DNA of 64,000 nucleotides from Escherichia coli (GTDB lineage Bacteria; Pseudomonadota; Gammaproteobacteria; Enterobacterales; Enterobacteriaceae): NCBI RefSeq assembly GCF_050920415.1, contig NZ_CP169309.1; one strand, 5' to 3'. Shown piece by piece: positions 53,578 to 64,000 of this stretch (position 1 is its first letter; each line of letters starts with the position of its first letter). The notes under the pieces were generated by a model. It saw only the letters and a program-made list of their open reading frames with translations, ran no database searches and was not told where the DNA came from. The position numbers and the translations under genes were made by a program.

Positions 53578-53771
53578 TGAACAACTTAATGACAACTAAA
53601 CAAGTCGCCGATTTCTGTGGTGTTTCAGTATCGACAGTTCTTCGCTGGAACAGCGTAAACAGGAGAACTGGTCAGAAATACAGGCCTGACTTTCCAGATC
53701 CTGATATTAAATCCTGCCCAAATAAATGGGCATCACACAAGATTTACAGATTTGCGGGAGTGATTGAGTAA
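53577..53771 (+). CDS. xis: AlpA-family excisionase / DNA-binding protein
   Basis: MTTKQVADFCGVSVSTVLRWNS... MerR-like HTH, 64 aa, adjacent to the int module. Confidence 0.7.
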   Translation: MNNLMTTKQVADFCGVSVSTVLRWNSVNRRTGQKYRPDFPDPDIKSCPNKWASHKIYRFAGVIE

Positions 53772-54053
53772 TATGTATTAGCTTAGATGTGAGCTGACAC
53801 ATCTATGCTTAGATGCCAAACCTAATCTGAGCGTCCACTCTTTACCAAGAGCGGACGTTACCAATGACCATATGACATGAATCGATAAGATCAAAACATT
53901 ATCGCCAAGAAATGTCATACCATTGATACAAATAAAATTGATTACCCCCTTACTCTTGTTGAAAAGTTAGTCGTAGAGTACCTATCGCAATGTAATCAGC
54001 TTTAATCATCTGAAAATTACTCCTTAAAAATTAGCTTTTATATACTGAACAAA

Positions 54054-54773
54054 TTAAATCTCTGTTTCTTTTCCTGCTCGGCTCAACCAATACTCCATTG
54101 TTTGAGTATGAATCTTTTCAGCGTATATTTTATCAATTAATTTATCTTGTTTTTCTTTAATGACTTCACGCAGTGAATCATATAACATAAAAAAACGTTC
54201 ATCATCTTCCTCATTATTACCGTAATTTATTTGATTGAGCTCTGAAAAAATATGATAGTACCTTTTTTTCTTGGTCCCCGGCAATATTAAAACCAAGCCA
54301 CATTGATCATATTCGAATTCACCTTTATGGGCAGCAAAGTTATGTCTAACATTCATAATAGAATCATGTAAATCTCTATATTTTTCTGGCACATGCTTTC
54401 TCTGCAATGTGAATCGACGCCCTTTCGCCTCTGTAAAACACTTACCGTAAGTAACAACTTTTGATATAAACAAAGACTTTAATATTAGATTCTTTTCTAA
54501 ATCCGGATAAATAAAGTGTTGTTCTTTATTAATGTTATTACAAATATTTTTTATTATATTCTCCCAACCAATAACATTCCGAAGATCTTTATCAAGCAAC
54601 TGTAAGGCCACATATTGTTCTACAAAGCGGCCTTTTAAAGGTATTCGTGGTAATATTACACCTTTCTGCTTATAAATTCTTTCTATCGTATTATCTGGAT
54701 ATTGGATCTTCCTTATTTCTATTCCGTCTTCTTCTGATACCCTTACTAATGGTTCATTTTTTAACTTTGACAT
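54054..54773 (-). CDS. hypothetical 239-aa protein with R-x5-H (HEPN-like) motif; candidate abortive-infection/defence gene
   Basis: Low GC (~30%); ...NVRHNFAAHKGE... (R-H-NxxAH); lies in the xis-int hotspot; own ttgaca promoter and aagaggg RBS. Confidence 0.6.
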   Translation of the reverse strand: MSKLKNEPLVRVSEEDGIEIRKIQYPDNTIERIYKQKGVILPRIPLKGRFVEQYVALQLLDKDLRNVIGWENIIKNICNNINKEQHFIYPDLEKNLILKSLFISKVVTYGKCFTEAKGRRFTLQRKHVPEKYRDLHDSIMNVRHNFAAHKGEFEYDQCGLVLILPGTKKKRYYHIFSELNQINYGNNEEDDERFFMLYDSLREVIKEKQDKLIDKIYAEKIHTQTMEYWLSRAGKETEI

Positions 54774-55012
54774 GTTAACCCTCTTAAATAAAAAACTAAC
54801 TTTATCCAGATAGTGTCCGTTAAGAAGTTTTCGTTACAACTAAGTTTCTAGGTAAATCATGAATCGACCTATAGTATCAAAAACATTTGGTGGTAAACAT
54901 CTGCATTTATCAAATGGCAGGAGCGATTTAGGGGCATAGGGATAGTGATGATATCGATACCCGCCCCCTCTTATGTCAACACAATGGCGTAAACTTAACG
55001 CTCACATCTCGC

Positions 55013-56269
55013 TCAAAGTGTGCTAGGAGATTTGGTTATGTTCAGGTGATACAAACCGTCAGTTTGACAATTAACAATCGATTCAACCCTCTTCCACCAT
55101 GCCAGGTAAGCTTTACGCTGTTCTTCTAGATAATCACTCTTATCATAAACTTGCCATACCCCTGGCAGCTTATGACCAAGCATAATTTCTGCGATATGAG
55201 GCGCAGTAAGATCAGAAAAATTTGTTCGAGCTGTACGTCTCAAGTCATGAAGAGACCAATGAGGGAATTGATATCCTAAACACCGCCATGCGTACTGCAT
55301 TAAATTGTAAGGCAGCGACTGCAATGATGTCCGACCAACGGGTTCCCTGCTTCCTTCCTTAGTAAAAAGCATATCGGAACCATTGTTCATAGAGATAGCG
55401 TACTTTATAAGCTCTTCAACCGGTTCAATAATGGGCCGCTTTAGCGGTTCGCCTGTTATCTCCCCAGTCTTATGTCGTTCTGGTGGTACAGTCCATACTT
55501 TATTAATGAAATCAAAATCGTCCACCCGGGCGGTAATTAGCTCTGAACTACGGCAACCAAAATGCAGCAATAGTTTAATGAAGGCCCGGTATTTAGGAAC
55601 CATTCGAGAACCATCGATCGCAGCATAAAGGATTTTAATTTCATCATGTGTCAGAAACCGTTTCTTCTGACCTTTACGGATATCCATATCTTTACCCGTG
55701 ATATCCGACAGCGGGCGAGTTTCAATGAGCTTTCTCTTATACGCCCAGACATGGGCCTGCTTTGCGTTAATTAGCAATCGGTCTGCTATTGCTGGAGTCT
55801 TAGTGCTAAGAGGCTCCAGGACTTCTAACCAATCATGCAATGTAGCTGCATCGTGAGGGATATTCCCGATTTTAGAGAACAGGTGCAGCTCAAACGAGCG
55901 AAGTATCTGTTCAGAACCTTTTTTATTTTTTACACAATATGCTTCATACCAAGCACGGATCACAGACTCTACCGTCATGGCTTCAGTAGCTTTTCGTTTT
56001 TCAGCCTGCTTGACCAATCGTGGATTACGGTTTGACTCGAGTTCACCACGAAGACGGATAACTTCTTCTCTGGCCTCTTTTAATCCAGTTGCCGGGTAAG
56101 TTCCGATATCAAGACGCTCACCTTTCCCTGCCCATTGATAACGATATTGGAACACTACGCGACCTTTCGGTGATACTCTGACAGACAGACCATCACGATC
56201 GGATTTAACCAAAACCTTATCACGTTCCTTTCCAACGACTGAACGCAACCACGCATCAGACAGCGCCAT
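55013..56269 (-). CDS. int: tyrosine integrase (P4-like)
   Basis: 418 aa; C-terminal catalytic ...HDLRRT...LGH... ending in Y; adjacent to attR. Confidence 0.9.
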   Translation of the reverse strand: MALSDAWLRSVVGKERDKVLVKSDRDGLSVRVSPKGRVVFQYRYQWAGKGERLDIGTYPATGLKEAREEVIRLRGELESNRNPRLVKQAEKRKATEAMTVESVIRAWYEAYCVKNKKGSEQILRSFELHLFSKIGNIPHDAATLHDWLEVLEPLSTKTPAIADRLLINAKQAHVWAYKRKLIETRPLSDITGKDMDIRKGQKKRFLTHDEIKILYAAIDGSRMVPKYRAFIKLLLHFGCRSSELITARVDDFDFINKVWTVPPERHKTGEITGEPLKRPIIEPVEELIKYAISMNNGSDMLFTKEGSREPVGRTSLQSLPYNLMQYAWRCLGYQFPHWSLHDLRRTARTNFSDLTAPHIAEIMLGHKLPGVWQVYDKSDYLEEQRKAYLAWWKRVESIVNCQTDGLYHLNITKSPSTL

Positions 56270-56275
56270 TACTCA

Positions 56276-56440
56276 CCTTGTACAAATCGCAAAACACCTC
56301 TGCTGTTTTGTACATTATGTACAAGCATATGTACAGATTTTTGATGAAAGCAAGCTGATCGATTTAAAGTTACATGAAAGAGTTTTCAATTAAAGAAGCT
56401 ACATAACCAAATGTATTTAAATGAGTTACATAACTCAACC
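56276..56440. repeat. Int/accessory-factor binding repeats in the P arm
   Basis: tgtaca-containing repeats (56276-56340) and three a(a/g)(g/c)ttacat(g/a)a repeats (56363-56430). Confidence 0.4.
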
Positions 56441-56488
56441 TAAATTAACTGAAAGGATTTTGAAAGAGTAAAAGAGCTTTAATTTGGG

Positions 56489-56563
56489 CTTAATTATTGG
56501 GGTGAGAAATAATGGCAAAAGTGCGGCGCTTCGCCACCTCTTGCAAATAAGGAGACAACGTCA
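56489..56563 (-). pseudogene. prfC': displaced original 5' fragment of prfC (24 codons)
   Basis: Minus strand ATGACGTTGTCTCCTTATTTGCAAGAGGTGGCGAAGCGCCGCACTTTTGCCATTATTTCTCACCCC = [22 protein letters not shown], then phage DNA and a stop. Confidence 0.8.
56500..56513. repeat. attR core (gggtgagaaataat)
   Basis: Identical to 8915-8928. Confidence 0.65.
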
Positions 56564-56654
56564 TAATTCTTTCTTCTTGAGTAAGCGGCATCGCGCCGCG
56601 CTTGTTGAAAACGAAAAATTGCGGCTATTTTACCCATCAACGGGGGGGAGGCAA

Positions 56655-57332
56655 TCAGTGTTTACACAGGAGCTGCTCCAGTTCGTGCAACGAAGAAACG
56701 GTCCAGGTAGGCGCGATGCCTTCTGGTTGCTCGCGATTGTGAGCATTCAGCCAGCAGGTCGCAAGCCCGGCGTTGATGCCACCGAGAATATCGGACTCGG
56801 CAGTGTCGCCAACCATCAGCACGCGTGAACGGTCAGGATTGCCCGCCTGTTCCAGCGCATAATCGAAAATTTTCTTATTCGGTTTGGCTACGCCAACTTC
56901 TTCGGAAATCACCAACAAATCGAAATAATCACGCAGGCCCGTGCGTTCCAGACGCACTTGCTGCAAGGCGCTAAAGCCGTTGGTGATGATGCCGATTTTG
57001 GCGTTGCCGCGAATGGCATTAAGCAGGGAAACCGCGCCCGGCAGCGGTGTGCAAATTTCCGCCATCGCATTAATGAAGGCCTCGTTGAGTTTACCTGGCT
57101 CGACGTTCAGCCGTTCGGCCCAGCTCTCAAAACGCCCGTGCTGAAGCTGTAATGAAGTGATCGCACCGTTTTGATAATCTACCCACAGGGGCTTGTTAAC
57201 GGCCTGATAGTCCTGAAAATCTTCAGCGGTAAAAGTGACGCTGTAATCAAGAAACATCCGCTGCAGGCCGGTGAACGAGTCAAAAGTAAACAGCGTTTCA
57301 TCGGCATCAAAGAAAATCCAGTCCCACTTCAT
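56655..57332 (-). CDS. yjjG: HAD-family pyrimidine 5'-nucleotidase
   Basis: [18 protein letters not shown] motif I; 225 aa. Confidence 0.9.
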   Translation of the reverse strand: MKWDWIFFDADETLFTFDSFTGLQRMFLDYSVTFTAEDFQDYQAVNKPLWVDYQNGAITSLQLQHGRFESWAERLNVEPGKLNEAFINAMAEICTPLPGAVSLLNAIRGNAKIGIITNGFSALQQVRLERTGLRDYFDLLVISEEVGVAKPNKKIFDYALEQAGNPDRSRVLMVGDTAESDILGGINAGLATCWLNAHNREQPEGIAPTWTVSSLHELEQLLCKH

Positions 57333-57346
57333 TATTCCACCTTGTC

Positions 57347-57793
57347 TTACATACTGATTGGCAACGCCATGATGATGGCGTCTTCGCGACCGTCCTTGGT
57401 GGGGTAGTAATTGCGGCGAATCGTCGCCTCGTTAAAGCCTAAACTTTCGTACAGGGCAATGGCGGCAGCGTTTGAGGCACGGACTTCCAGCCATAGTGTC
57501 GCCACGCCGCGTTTTTCCAGTTCGTCGATCAGATGTTCCAGCAGCGCCCTTCCCAGCCCCTGACGCTGATAGTCGGGATCGACCGCAATATTGAACAATG
57601 TAGCTTCATCCAGCACCACTTGCGTAATCGCAAACGCCGCCATTTTGCCGTTTTGCGTTAACTGAAAGTTGAGATAACGCTCGCCCTGGTTGCTGGCAAA
57701 GGTTTTTTCACTCCACGGAAAGGCGTGGGCGCGTTGTTCAATGTGGTAAGCCGCTGGTAAATCAGTCGTTTCGAGGGAAGAAATCGTGTTCAT
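57347..57793 (-). CDS. rimI: ribosomal protein S18 alanine N-acetyltransferase
   Basis: [27 protein letters not shown]... GNAT; 148 aa. Confidence 0.9.
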   Translation of the reverse strand: MNTISSLETTDLPAAYHIEQRAHAFPWSEKTFASNQGERYLNFQLTQNGKMAAFAITQVVLDEATLFNIAVDPDYQRQGLGRALLEHLIDELEKRGVATLWLEVRASNAAAIALYESLGFNEATIRRNYYPTKDGREDAIIMALPISM

Positions 57794-58175
57794 ATGTGCA
57801 AATTTGTTGCCATAACGCGGCGCGTGCCGTTGGGTTTGCCCGTAATTCGGTGAGCGCTGGTGATGCCACCTGAGCGCCTTCCAGTGATAGCGGTTCATCA
57901 GTACCCAACCGCCAGCTGTTGCAGCGACTACCTTGCGGCAGCATCGCGATCTTTTCTGGCGTCAGTTGCAGCACCTGGTCGGGGCTGACGGTTAATGCAC
58001 GCAGAACATCGCTCACTAAAGGATCGGTCAGGGCGGGAAGATCATTTGCCACCATCACCAGACGGACGTGTGCCGGGATCGCAATGGCAATCTCCCCCTG
58101 CAACGCGCCAGGGCGACGCAGCGACCACTGGGTAATGCCCAGCTGCTGTAACTGCCAGTCTCGTCGGGATGTCAT
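57762..58175 (-). CDS. holD: DNA polymerase III psi subunit
   Basis: MTSRRDWQLQQLGITQWSLRRPGALQGEIAIAIP..., 137 aa, overlaps rimI. Confidence 0.9.
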   Translation of the reverse strand: MTSRRDWQLQQLGITQWSLRRPGALQGEIAIAIPAHVRLVMVANDLPALTDPLVSDVLRALTVSPDQVLQLTPEKIAMLPQGSRCNSWRLGTDEPLSLEGAQVASPALTELRANPTARAALWQQICTYEHDFFPRND

Positions 58176-58277
58176 AGCGAATCGCTCCTGTTGTCAGGGG
58201 CGCAAATATAGCAAATTCGTCGATACCGCGCCAACATATGGCTATAATCGCCGCCAGTATCAATTGAGGAGCATTCC

Positions 58278-59309
58278 ATGTCTGCATTTACCCCGGCAAG
58301 TGAAGTCTTGCTGCGTCACAGTGATGATTTCGAACAAAGCCGTATTCTGTTTGCCGGAGACTTACAGGATGACCTGCCCGCGCGTTTAGATACCGCGGCC
58401 AGCCGTGCTCATACCCAGCAATTCCACCATTGGCAGGTGTTAAGCCGCCAAATGGGTGATAACGCCCGTTTTAGCCTGGTGGCAACGGCGGATGACGTCG
58501 CAGATTGCGATACTTTGATTTACTACTGGCCGAAGAACAAACCGGAAGCCCAGTTTCAGTTAATGAATTTACTTTCTCTGCTGCCGGTGGGGACGGATAT
58601 TTTTGTTGTTGGCGAGAACCGCAGCGGCGTGCGCAGCGCCGAGCAGATGCTTGCAGATTATGCGCCGTTGAATAAAGTCGACAGCGCCCGTCGCTGTGGC
58701 CTCTATTTTGGTCGTCTGGAAAAACAGCCGGTATTTGATGCCGATAAATTCTGGGGCGAATACAGCGTCGATGGCCTGACGGTGAAAACGCTGCCTGGCG
58801 TGTTTAGCCGCGACGGTCTGGATGTCGGTAGCCAGTTGCTGCTCTCGACGTTAACTCCGCACACGAAAGGTAAAGTGCTGGATGTCGGCTGCGGTGCAGG
58901 CGTTCTTTCAGTTGCCTTTGCACGCCACTCACCGAAGATTCGTCTCACGTTGTGCGATGTTTCTGCGCCAGCAGTTGAAGCCAGCCGTGCAACACTTGCG
59001 GCCAACGGTGTTGAAGGTGAAGTCTTTGCCAGCAACGTCTTTTCTGAGGTGAAAGGTCGTTTTGATATGATCATCTCCAATCCGCCGTTCCACGATGGGA
59101 TGCAAACCAGTCTGGATGCAGCACAAACGCTGATTCGCGGCGCGGTGCGTCATCTTAACAGCGGCGGCGAGCTGAGAATTGTGGCGAACGCCTTCCTGCC
59201 TTACCCGGACGTGCTGGATGAGACATTTGGCTTCCACGAAGTGATCGCGCAAACCGGGCGCTTCAAGGTGTATCGCGCCATTATGACCCGCCAGGCGAAG
59301 AAAGGTTAA
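58278..59309 (+). CDS. rsmC: 16S rRNA m2G1207 methyltransferase
   Basis: 343 aa; [12 protein letters not shown] AdoMet motif and NPPFH. Confidence 0.9.
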   Translation: MSAFTPASEVLLRHSDDFEQSRILFAGDLQDDLPARLDTAASRAHTQQFHHWQVLSRQMGDNARFSLVATADDVADCDTLIYYWPKNKPEAQFQLMNLLSLLPVGTDIFVVGENRSGVRSAEQMLADYAPLNKVDSARRCGLYFGRLEKQPVFDADKFWGEYSVDGLTVKTLPGVFSRDGLDVGSQLLLSTLTPHTKGKVLDVGCGAGVLSVAFARHSPKIRLTLCDVSAPAVEASRATLAANGVEGEVFASNVFSEVKGRFDMIISNPPFHDGMQTSLDAAQTLIRGAVRHLNSGGELRIVANAFLPYPDVLDETFGFHEVIAQTGRFKVYRAIMTRQAKKG

Positions 59310-59319
59310 GTATCCCGCC

Positions 59320-59481
<162 letters not shown>

Positions 59482-59617
59482 AAAACCTGCACGTTAGTTT
59501 CCCGATGGACATTTTTCCAGCAATTACACCTCCGTCGATAATTAACTATTGACGAAAAGCTGAAAACCACTAGAATGCGCCTCCGTGGTAGCAATTCTTT
59601 TTAAGAATTGATGGTAT

Positions 59618-59704
59618 GCGAAGGTGGCGGAATTGGTAGACGCGCTAGCTTCAGGTGTTAGTGTCCTTACGGACGTGGGGGTTCAAGTCCCCCCCCTCGC
59701 ACCA
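59618..59704 (+). tRNA. leuV: tRNA-Leu (CAG)
   Basis: gcgaaggtggcggaattggtagacgcgctagcttcaggtgttagtgtccttacggacgtgggggttcaagtcccccccctcgcacca. Confidence 0.9.
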
Positions 59705-59732
59705 AAAACCACGTTGATATTGCTCGCACTGG

Positions 59733-59819
59733 GCGAAGGTGGCGGAATTGGTAGACGCGCTAGCTTCAGGTGTTAGTGTTCTTACGGACGTGGGGGTTCA
59801 AGTCCCCCCCCTCGCACCA
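59733..59819 (+). tRNA. leuP: tRNA-Leu (CAG)
   Basis: Second copy, one variable-arm difference (gtgttct). Confidence 0.9.
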
Positions 59820-59853
59820 AACGAGGCGATATCAAAAAAAGTAAGATGACTGT

Positions 59854-59940
59854 GCGAAGGTGGCGGAATTGGTAGACGCGCTAGCTTCAGGTGTTAGTGT
59901 CCTTACGGACGTGGGGGTTCAAGTCCCCCCCCTCGCACCA
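59854..59940 (+). tRNA. leuQ: tRNA-Leu (CAG)
   Basis: Third copy identical to the first. Confidence 0.9.
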
Positions 59941-59967
59941 ATTATCTTTACTTCCTTCCTTGTTTTT

Positions 59968-60204
59968 TCATCCCTGATTCAAATTCATTATCATCAGCAT
60001 GACGCCAGCAATAAGCACCAGGCACGATGGTAGCAAAATGTAATGCCGTAACTGTTTGTGATACAACATCACCGGCGTCAACACCAATCCCATCAGAATG
60101 ACAATCCGCCACTGATCCGGCGATAAATCCGCATACGTCAGCCCTGCAATCAGCAATCCTGGCAGAAACACTCCCCAGCCACTGCCCAGCATACGTTGCA
60201 ACAT
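59968..60204 (-). CDS. yjjZ: small membrane protein YjjZ
   Basis: MLQRMLGSGWGVFLPGLLIAGLTYADL... two TM segments; divergent from fhuF. Confidence 0.6.
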   Translation of the reverse strand: MLQRMLGSGWGVFLPGLLIAGLTYADLSPDQWRIVILMGLVLTPVMLYHKQLRHYILLPSCLVLIAGVMLMIMNLNQG

Positions 60205-60218
60205 GGTTTCATCTCTTT

Positions 60219-60262
60219 CATTGATAATGATAACCAATATCATATGATAATTTTTATCATTT
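60219..60262. promoter_or_regulatory. Fur box(es) upstream of fhuF
   Basis: ttgataatgataaccaatatcatatgataatttttatcatt. Confidence 0.6.
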
Positions 60263-60344
60263 GCAAGTCAGAGAAATCCCTTGCTATCGAATAAACCTAT
60301 CGCTAGGATTAGCAATCATTATCATTTAGATTACTATCCCGATT

Positions 60345-61133
60345 ATGGCCTATCGTTCCGCACCGCTCTATGAAGATGTTATCTGGCGAACGCATCTCCA
60401 GCCGCAGGATGCTGGGCTTGCACAAGCAGTACGTGCGACGATCGCCGAACATCGTGAACATTTGCTCGAGTTTATCCGTCTGGATGAACCCGCCCCGCTT
60501 AACGCCATGACGCTGGCGCAATGGTCATCACCGAATGCGTTAAGTTCTCTGTTAGCTGTTTATTCCGATCATATCTACCGCAATCAACCAACGATGATCC
60601 GCGAGAATAAGCCGCTGATCTCCCTGTGGGCGCAATGGTACATCGGCCTGATGGTGCCGCCATTAATGCTGGCCCTGTTAACGCAGGAAAAAGCATTAGA
60701 TGTGACGCCGGAACATTTCCTCGTTGAGTTTCACGAAACCGGACGCGCCGCCTGTTTCTGGGTCGATGTGTATGAAGATAAAAACGCAACACCACATTCA
60801 CCGCAGCAGCGAATGGAAACGTTAATCAGCCAGGCGCTTGTTCCGGTTGTGCAGGCACTAGAAGCAACGGGAGAGATTAACGGTAAACTTATCTGGAGCA
60901 ATACCGGTTATTTGATCAACTGGTACCTCACTGAGATGAAGCAGCTGCTCGGCGAGGCGACGGTTGAATCGCTGCGCCATGCCCTCTTTTTTGAGAAAAC
61001 GCTCACTACCGGTGAAGATAATCCACTCTGGCGTACCGTGGTGCTGCGCGACGGCCTGCTGGTGCGCCGCACTTGCTGCCAGCGTTATCGCTTGCCGGAT
61101 GTGCAGCAATGTGGTGACTGTACGCTGAAATAG
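60345..61133 (+). CDS. fhuF: ferric-siderophore reductase FhuF (2Fe-2S)
   Basis: 262 aa; C-terminal C-C-x10-C-x2-C cluster (RRTCCQRYRLPDVQQCGDC). Confidence 0.9.
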   Translation: MAYRSAPLYEDVIWRTHLQPQDAGLAQAVRATIAEHREHLLEFIRLDEPAPLNAMTLAQWSSPNALSSLLAVYSDHIYRNQPTMIRENKPLISLWAQWYIGLMVPPLMLALLTQEKALDVTPEHFLVEFHETGRAACFWVDVYEDKNATPHSPQQRMETLISQALVPVVQALEATGEINGKLIWSNTGYLINWYLTEMKQLLGEATVESLRHALFFEKTLTTGEDNPLWRTVVLRDGLLVRRTCCQRYRLPDVQQCGDCTLK

Positions 61134-61171
61134 AAAAATTTGCCGGGGAAGTAAACCCGGCATTAAGCGTA

Positions 61172-61849
61172 TTAATAGGGGTGCAACACGTTACTTGCTT
61201 CGCAATGACGCATACATAACAGAATGTCTGCGGCCTCCAACAACCCTGCATCAGAACTGACGCCCAGTTTCGACATTACATTAAATTTATGCGCGCGGAT
61301 CGTTTTGATATTGCGTTTAAGCTGCTCGGCAATTTGTGTCATTGAGTAGCCACGCGACATAAAACGCAATATTTCTCTCTCCGTCGGGCTTAGCGTCCGG
61401 CTTTGGTTAATGTACCACTGATTGTTCAATCGGTCGGTCGCCTGACGCACACCATTTAATGACAAAAAGAGTTCCTGATGAAAAATCTCCAGCGTCGACG
61501 CTTTACTTAATACACCGTCCAGCGGTGATGGCGACAATGAACCAATCAGCCGAGCTTCAATATCATCATCCGCAATAACTAAACGTCGGGTACGCGGAAA
61601 CTTAATCGCCAGTTCAGTCAGGCAAGATAATCCCTCTCTGCGTTTACTTCTCATGGCAGAAAAAGAAAAAATGACCGCCGCAAATGAGATCCGCGACATG
61701 GCATCCTGAAATGACTCCTGACTGGTATAGATATGGAGCTTATAAGGGTTACCTGCAAACTTTCTGAATAAACTCTCAATACCGATACTGCTCATGACGC
61801 ATTTTTCTATGAGTGCGACATTTCTCTTCTTAATTCGGCTGTGTTCCAT
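61172..61849 (-). CDS. bglJ: LuxR-family transcriptional activator BglJ
   Basis: 225 aa, C-terminal LuxR HTH ([25 protein letters not shown]). Confidence 0.85.
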
Positions 61850-62532
61850 TCTGCGGCATCTCCATAAACAGAAGGCAAGTTAAGTTCTCTTGCACCCTGC
61901 GCGCTATTTATCCATGCATACATTTCAGCGTTGCTGTGAATTGCCAGTCGACGCATCGCACTGTTTTTTTGGGCGCTGATAGTTTTATTACTTTTCTTAA
62001 GCAATGAAGCTATCTGGTTGATGCCCCATCCTTTACCTAATAGCCGCAGTACTTTGCGCTCTGAAAGAGTGAGAATAACGGAGCGATAGCTAAAATCATG
62101 CGTTTCAGTCATTGCCGGAGAGGTCAGCATGGCACTGATACGCTCTGCGTGCGTATTGCCAGAACGCACGGTCTTGACCAGATTCTCAATGGGTTCAACA
62201 TCAGACAATAATGTCGCCGTAGGGCACATGAGCAGTTCTACCGCCTGGGAATACCAGGAGCGTGACACCATGAAAACCCAGTGAATTTCCCGATATTGTG
62301 AGATTAAAGAATAATAATGCTCACAAACAGAACGAGGATCTTCACTTTCACCGGCTAAATCTGCAATAACTAATCCGGAACGACGTAATTGTAATAAGGT
62401 AAGGTCCTCCGCAGAGGCGCTGGATATTATTTCATATTCAGGGAAGTGAGTCCTCATGACCTCTTTTAACCCTGCTTGCATAACAGGTATTTTACTGATA
62501 ACAATTCCATTTTTGCAGCATCCTGGCAACAT
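61807..62532 (-). CDS. yjjQ: LuxR-family regulator YjjQ
   Basis: 241 aa, C-terminal LuxR HTH ([23 protein letters not shown]). Confidence 0.85.
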
Positions 62533-63152
62533 ATTTCCTCCACATCCACTGTCTAAAAATCATGATGGTCTATTCAGGATATTCATTCCTTAAATGTTTC
62601 CAGCAAATTAATAGATTAAGCGAATAAATTATCCTTTGCATTCACTTTCATATCAGCATACTCCTGCTGCACAATAACTCCACTGCATGTGTCAGAAGGT
62701 TAGCATCAAATGATAACCTGGTGAAATAGCCTGGAGACATTTAAAATATCTACATTAAGTTGTTAGAAATACTTAATGAAAAACAGAATTCTCATTCATT
62801 TAATTTATAATTAAAAAATATTTCTTCTCGCAAAATAAAAAATCACACAATCAATATTTATTCAATAAAATCTGATAGTTTTATCTTTTTTAAAGCCTAA
62901 AAAAGCACTCAGTTATTGATAATCCCGATTCGTAAAAACCAGACCATACATTCATTATGCCGATAATATTCACGTTATAATTTGTTTACAGCTTGAGATT
63001 ATTCGTTTTTTACCCTCCGAGCCTCTCCCGATAACCAGGATTAATCAGCGCAATTTTGATCTTAACCTGCCGCAAAACAACCGCGCTTCATGATACAAAT
63101 GGATTCTCATAATTTGAACAATACGCAGCGCGTCTATGACAAAGGGCGAGTT

Positions 63153-63923
63153 ATGCAAACTGAGCAACAGCGAGCCGTAACACGGCTTTGTATCCAGTGC
63201 GGATTATTTCTTTTGCAACATGGTGCGGAAAGCGCGTTGGTCGATGAACTTTCCTCACGACTGGGTCGGGCGCTGGGAATGGACAGCGTCGAAAGTTCTA
63301 TCTCTTCGAACGCCATCGTACTGACAACCATTAAAGATGGGCAATGCCTGACATCGACACGTAAAAATCACGATCGCGGCATTAATATGCATGTGGTGAC
63401 TGAAGTCCAGCACATTGTGATTCTGGCGGAGCATCATCTGCTGGATTACAAAGGCGTAGAGAAAAGATTTAGCCAAATTCAGCCATTACGTTACCCGCGA
63501 TGGCTGGTAGCCTTGATGGTCGGCCTTTCTTGCGCCTGTTTCTGTAAACTCAATAACGGTGGCTGGGACGGTGCCGTCATCACCTTCTTTGCCAGTACGG
63601 CCGCGATGTATATCCGCCAGCTGCTGGCACAACGTCATCTTCATCCACAGATCAACTTTTGCCTCACCGCTTTCGCCGCCACCACCATTTCCGGTTTGCT
63701 TTTGCAACTTCCCACTTTCAGTAATACCCCCACCATTGCGATGGCCGCCAGCGTTCTCTTGCTGGTACCGGGCTTTCCGTTGATTAATGCCGTCGCCGAT
63801 ATGTTTAAAGGCCACATCAATACCGGACTGGCACGCTGGGCGATCGCCAGTCTGCTGACACTGGCTACCTGCGTCGGCGTGGTGATGGCACTGACGATTT
63901 GGGGGCTACGCGGATGGGTGTGA
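63153..63923 (+). CDS. yjjP: ThrE-family inner membrane protein YjjP
   Basis: [30 protein letters not shown]..., multi-TM; AT-rich leader upstream. Confidence 0.8.
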
Positions 63924-64000
63924 TCGAATTTCTGTTAGCGTTGGCGCAGGATATGATCCTCGCCGCCATTCCTGCAGTCGGCTTTGCGATGGTGTTCAAC
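63914..64000 (+). CDS. yjjB: YjjB membrane protein, N-terminal part (runs off window end)
   Basis: [29 protein letters not shown], start overlaps the yjjP stop. Confidence 0.6.

Noticed and set aside
62533-63150. AT-rich 600-bp interval between yjjQ and yjjP as possible foreign insert
   Set aside because: It matches the known K-12 arrangement: an H-NS-silenced divergent regulatory region of the yjjQ-bglJ and yjjP operons.

Overview
This window is E. coli K-12-like chromosome (deoA'–deoC–yjjI–yjjW–yjjV–yjjU–ytjA–osmY–prfC ... yjjG–rimI–holD–rsmC–leuVPQ tRNAs–yjjZ–fhuF–bglJ–yjjQ–yjjP–yjjB') interrupted by a lambda-like prophage of about 47.6 kb (approx. 8915–56513). The prophage sits inside the 5' coding region of prfC. 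Its own DNA re-creates the first ~21 codons and the promoter of prfC. The displaced original 5' fragment of prfC survives next to attR.

The structural half of the prophage is almost gene-for-gene lambda, transcribed on the minus strand: Nu1, A, W, B, C/Nu3, D, E, FI, FII, Z, U, V, G/G-T with the GGGAAAG slip site, H, M, L, K, I, J, lom, stf, tfa, plus a cos site. After the tail fibres comes an SOS-boxed dinI homologue.

The regulatory half is mosaic:
- P4-type integrase with an AlpA-like Xis.
- CPS-53-like early-left genes (yfdP/Q/R-like, DUF551).
- cI and cro immunity region with operators.
- CII-like, Rha, O-like initiator with iterons, PerC-like, Dam-like (frameshifted), a LexA-DNA-binding-domain-only protein, RusA, KilA-N antirepressor, DUF968, Q (82/QuuD type).
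- A Q-to-S moron island: lipoprotein, orphan MTase, 3 tRNAs, TerB-like protein plus a coupled mini membrane protein.
- A phage-21-type lysis cassette (pinholin, SAR endolysin, Rz/Rz1).

The lysis cassette is split by a ~1.1 kb insertion of two convergent unknown genes. One of them carries an A_AAA_AAC −1 frameshift site. Two extra translationally coupled membrane peptides lie between the endolysin and Rz.

Candidate undescribed functions:
- A low-GC 239-aa gene with an R-x5-H (HEPN-like) motif in the xis–int hotspot.
- A low-GC small gene in the rexAB position next to cI.
- The inserted gene pair inside the lysis cassette.
- A structured ~500 nt leader, with no N gene, downstream of pL.

No CRISPR array, no stx genes and no IS elements were seen.
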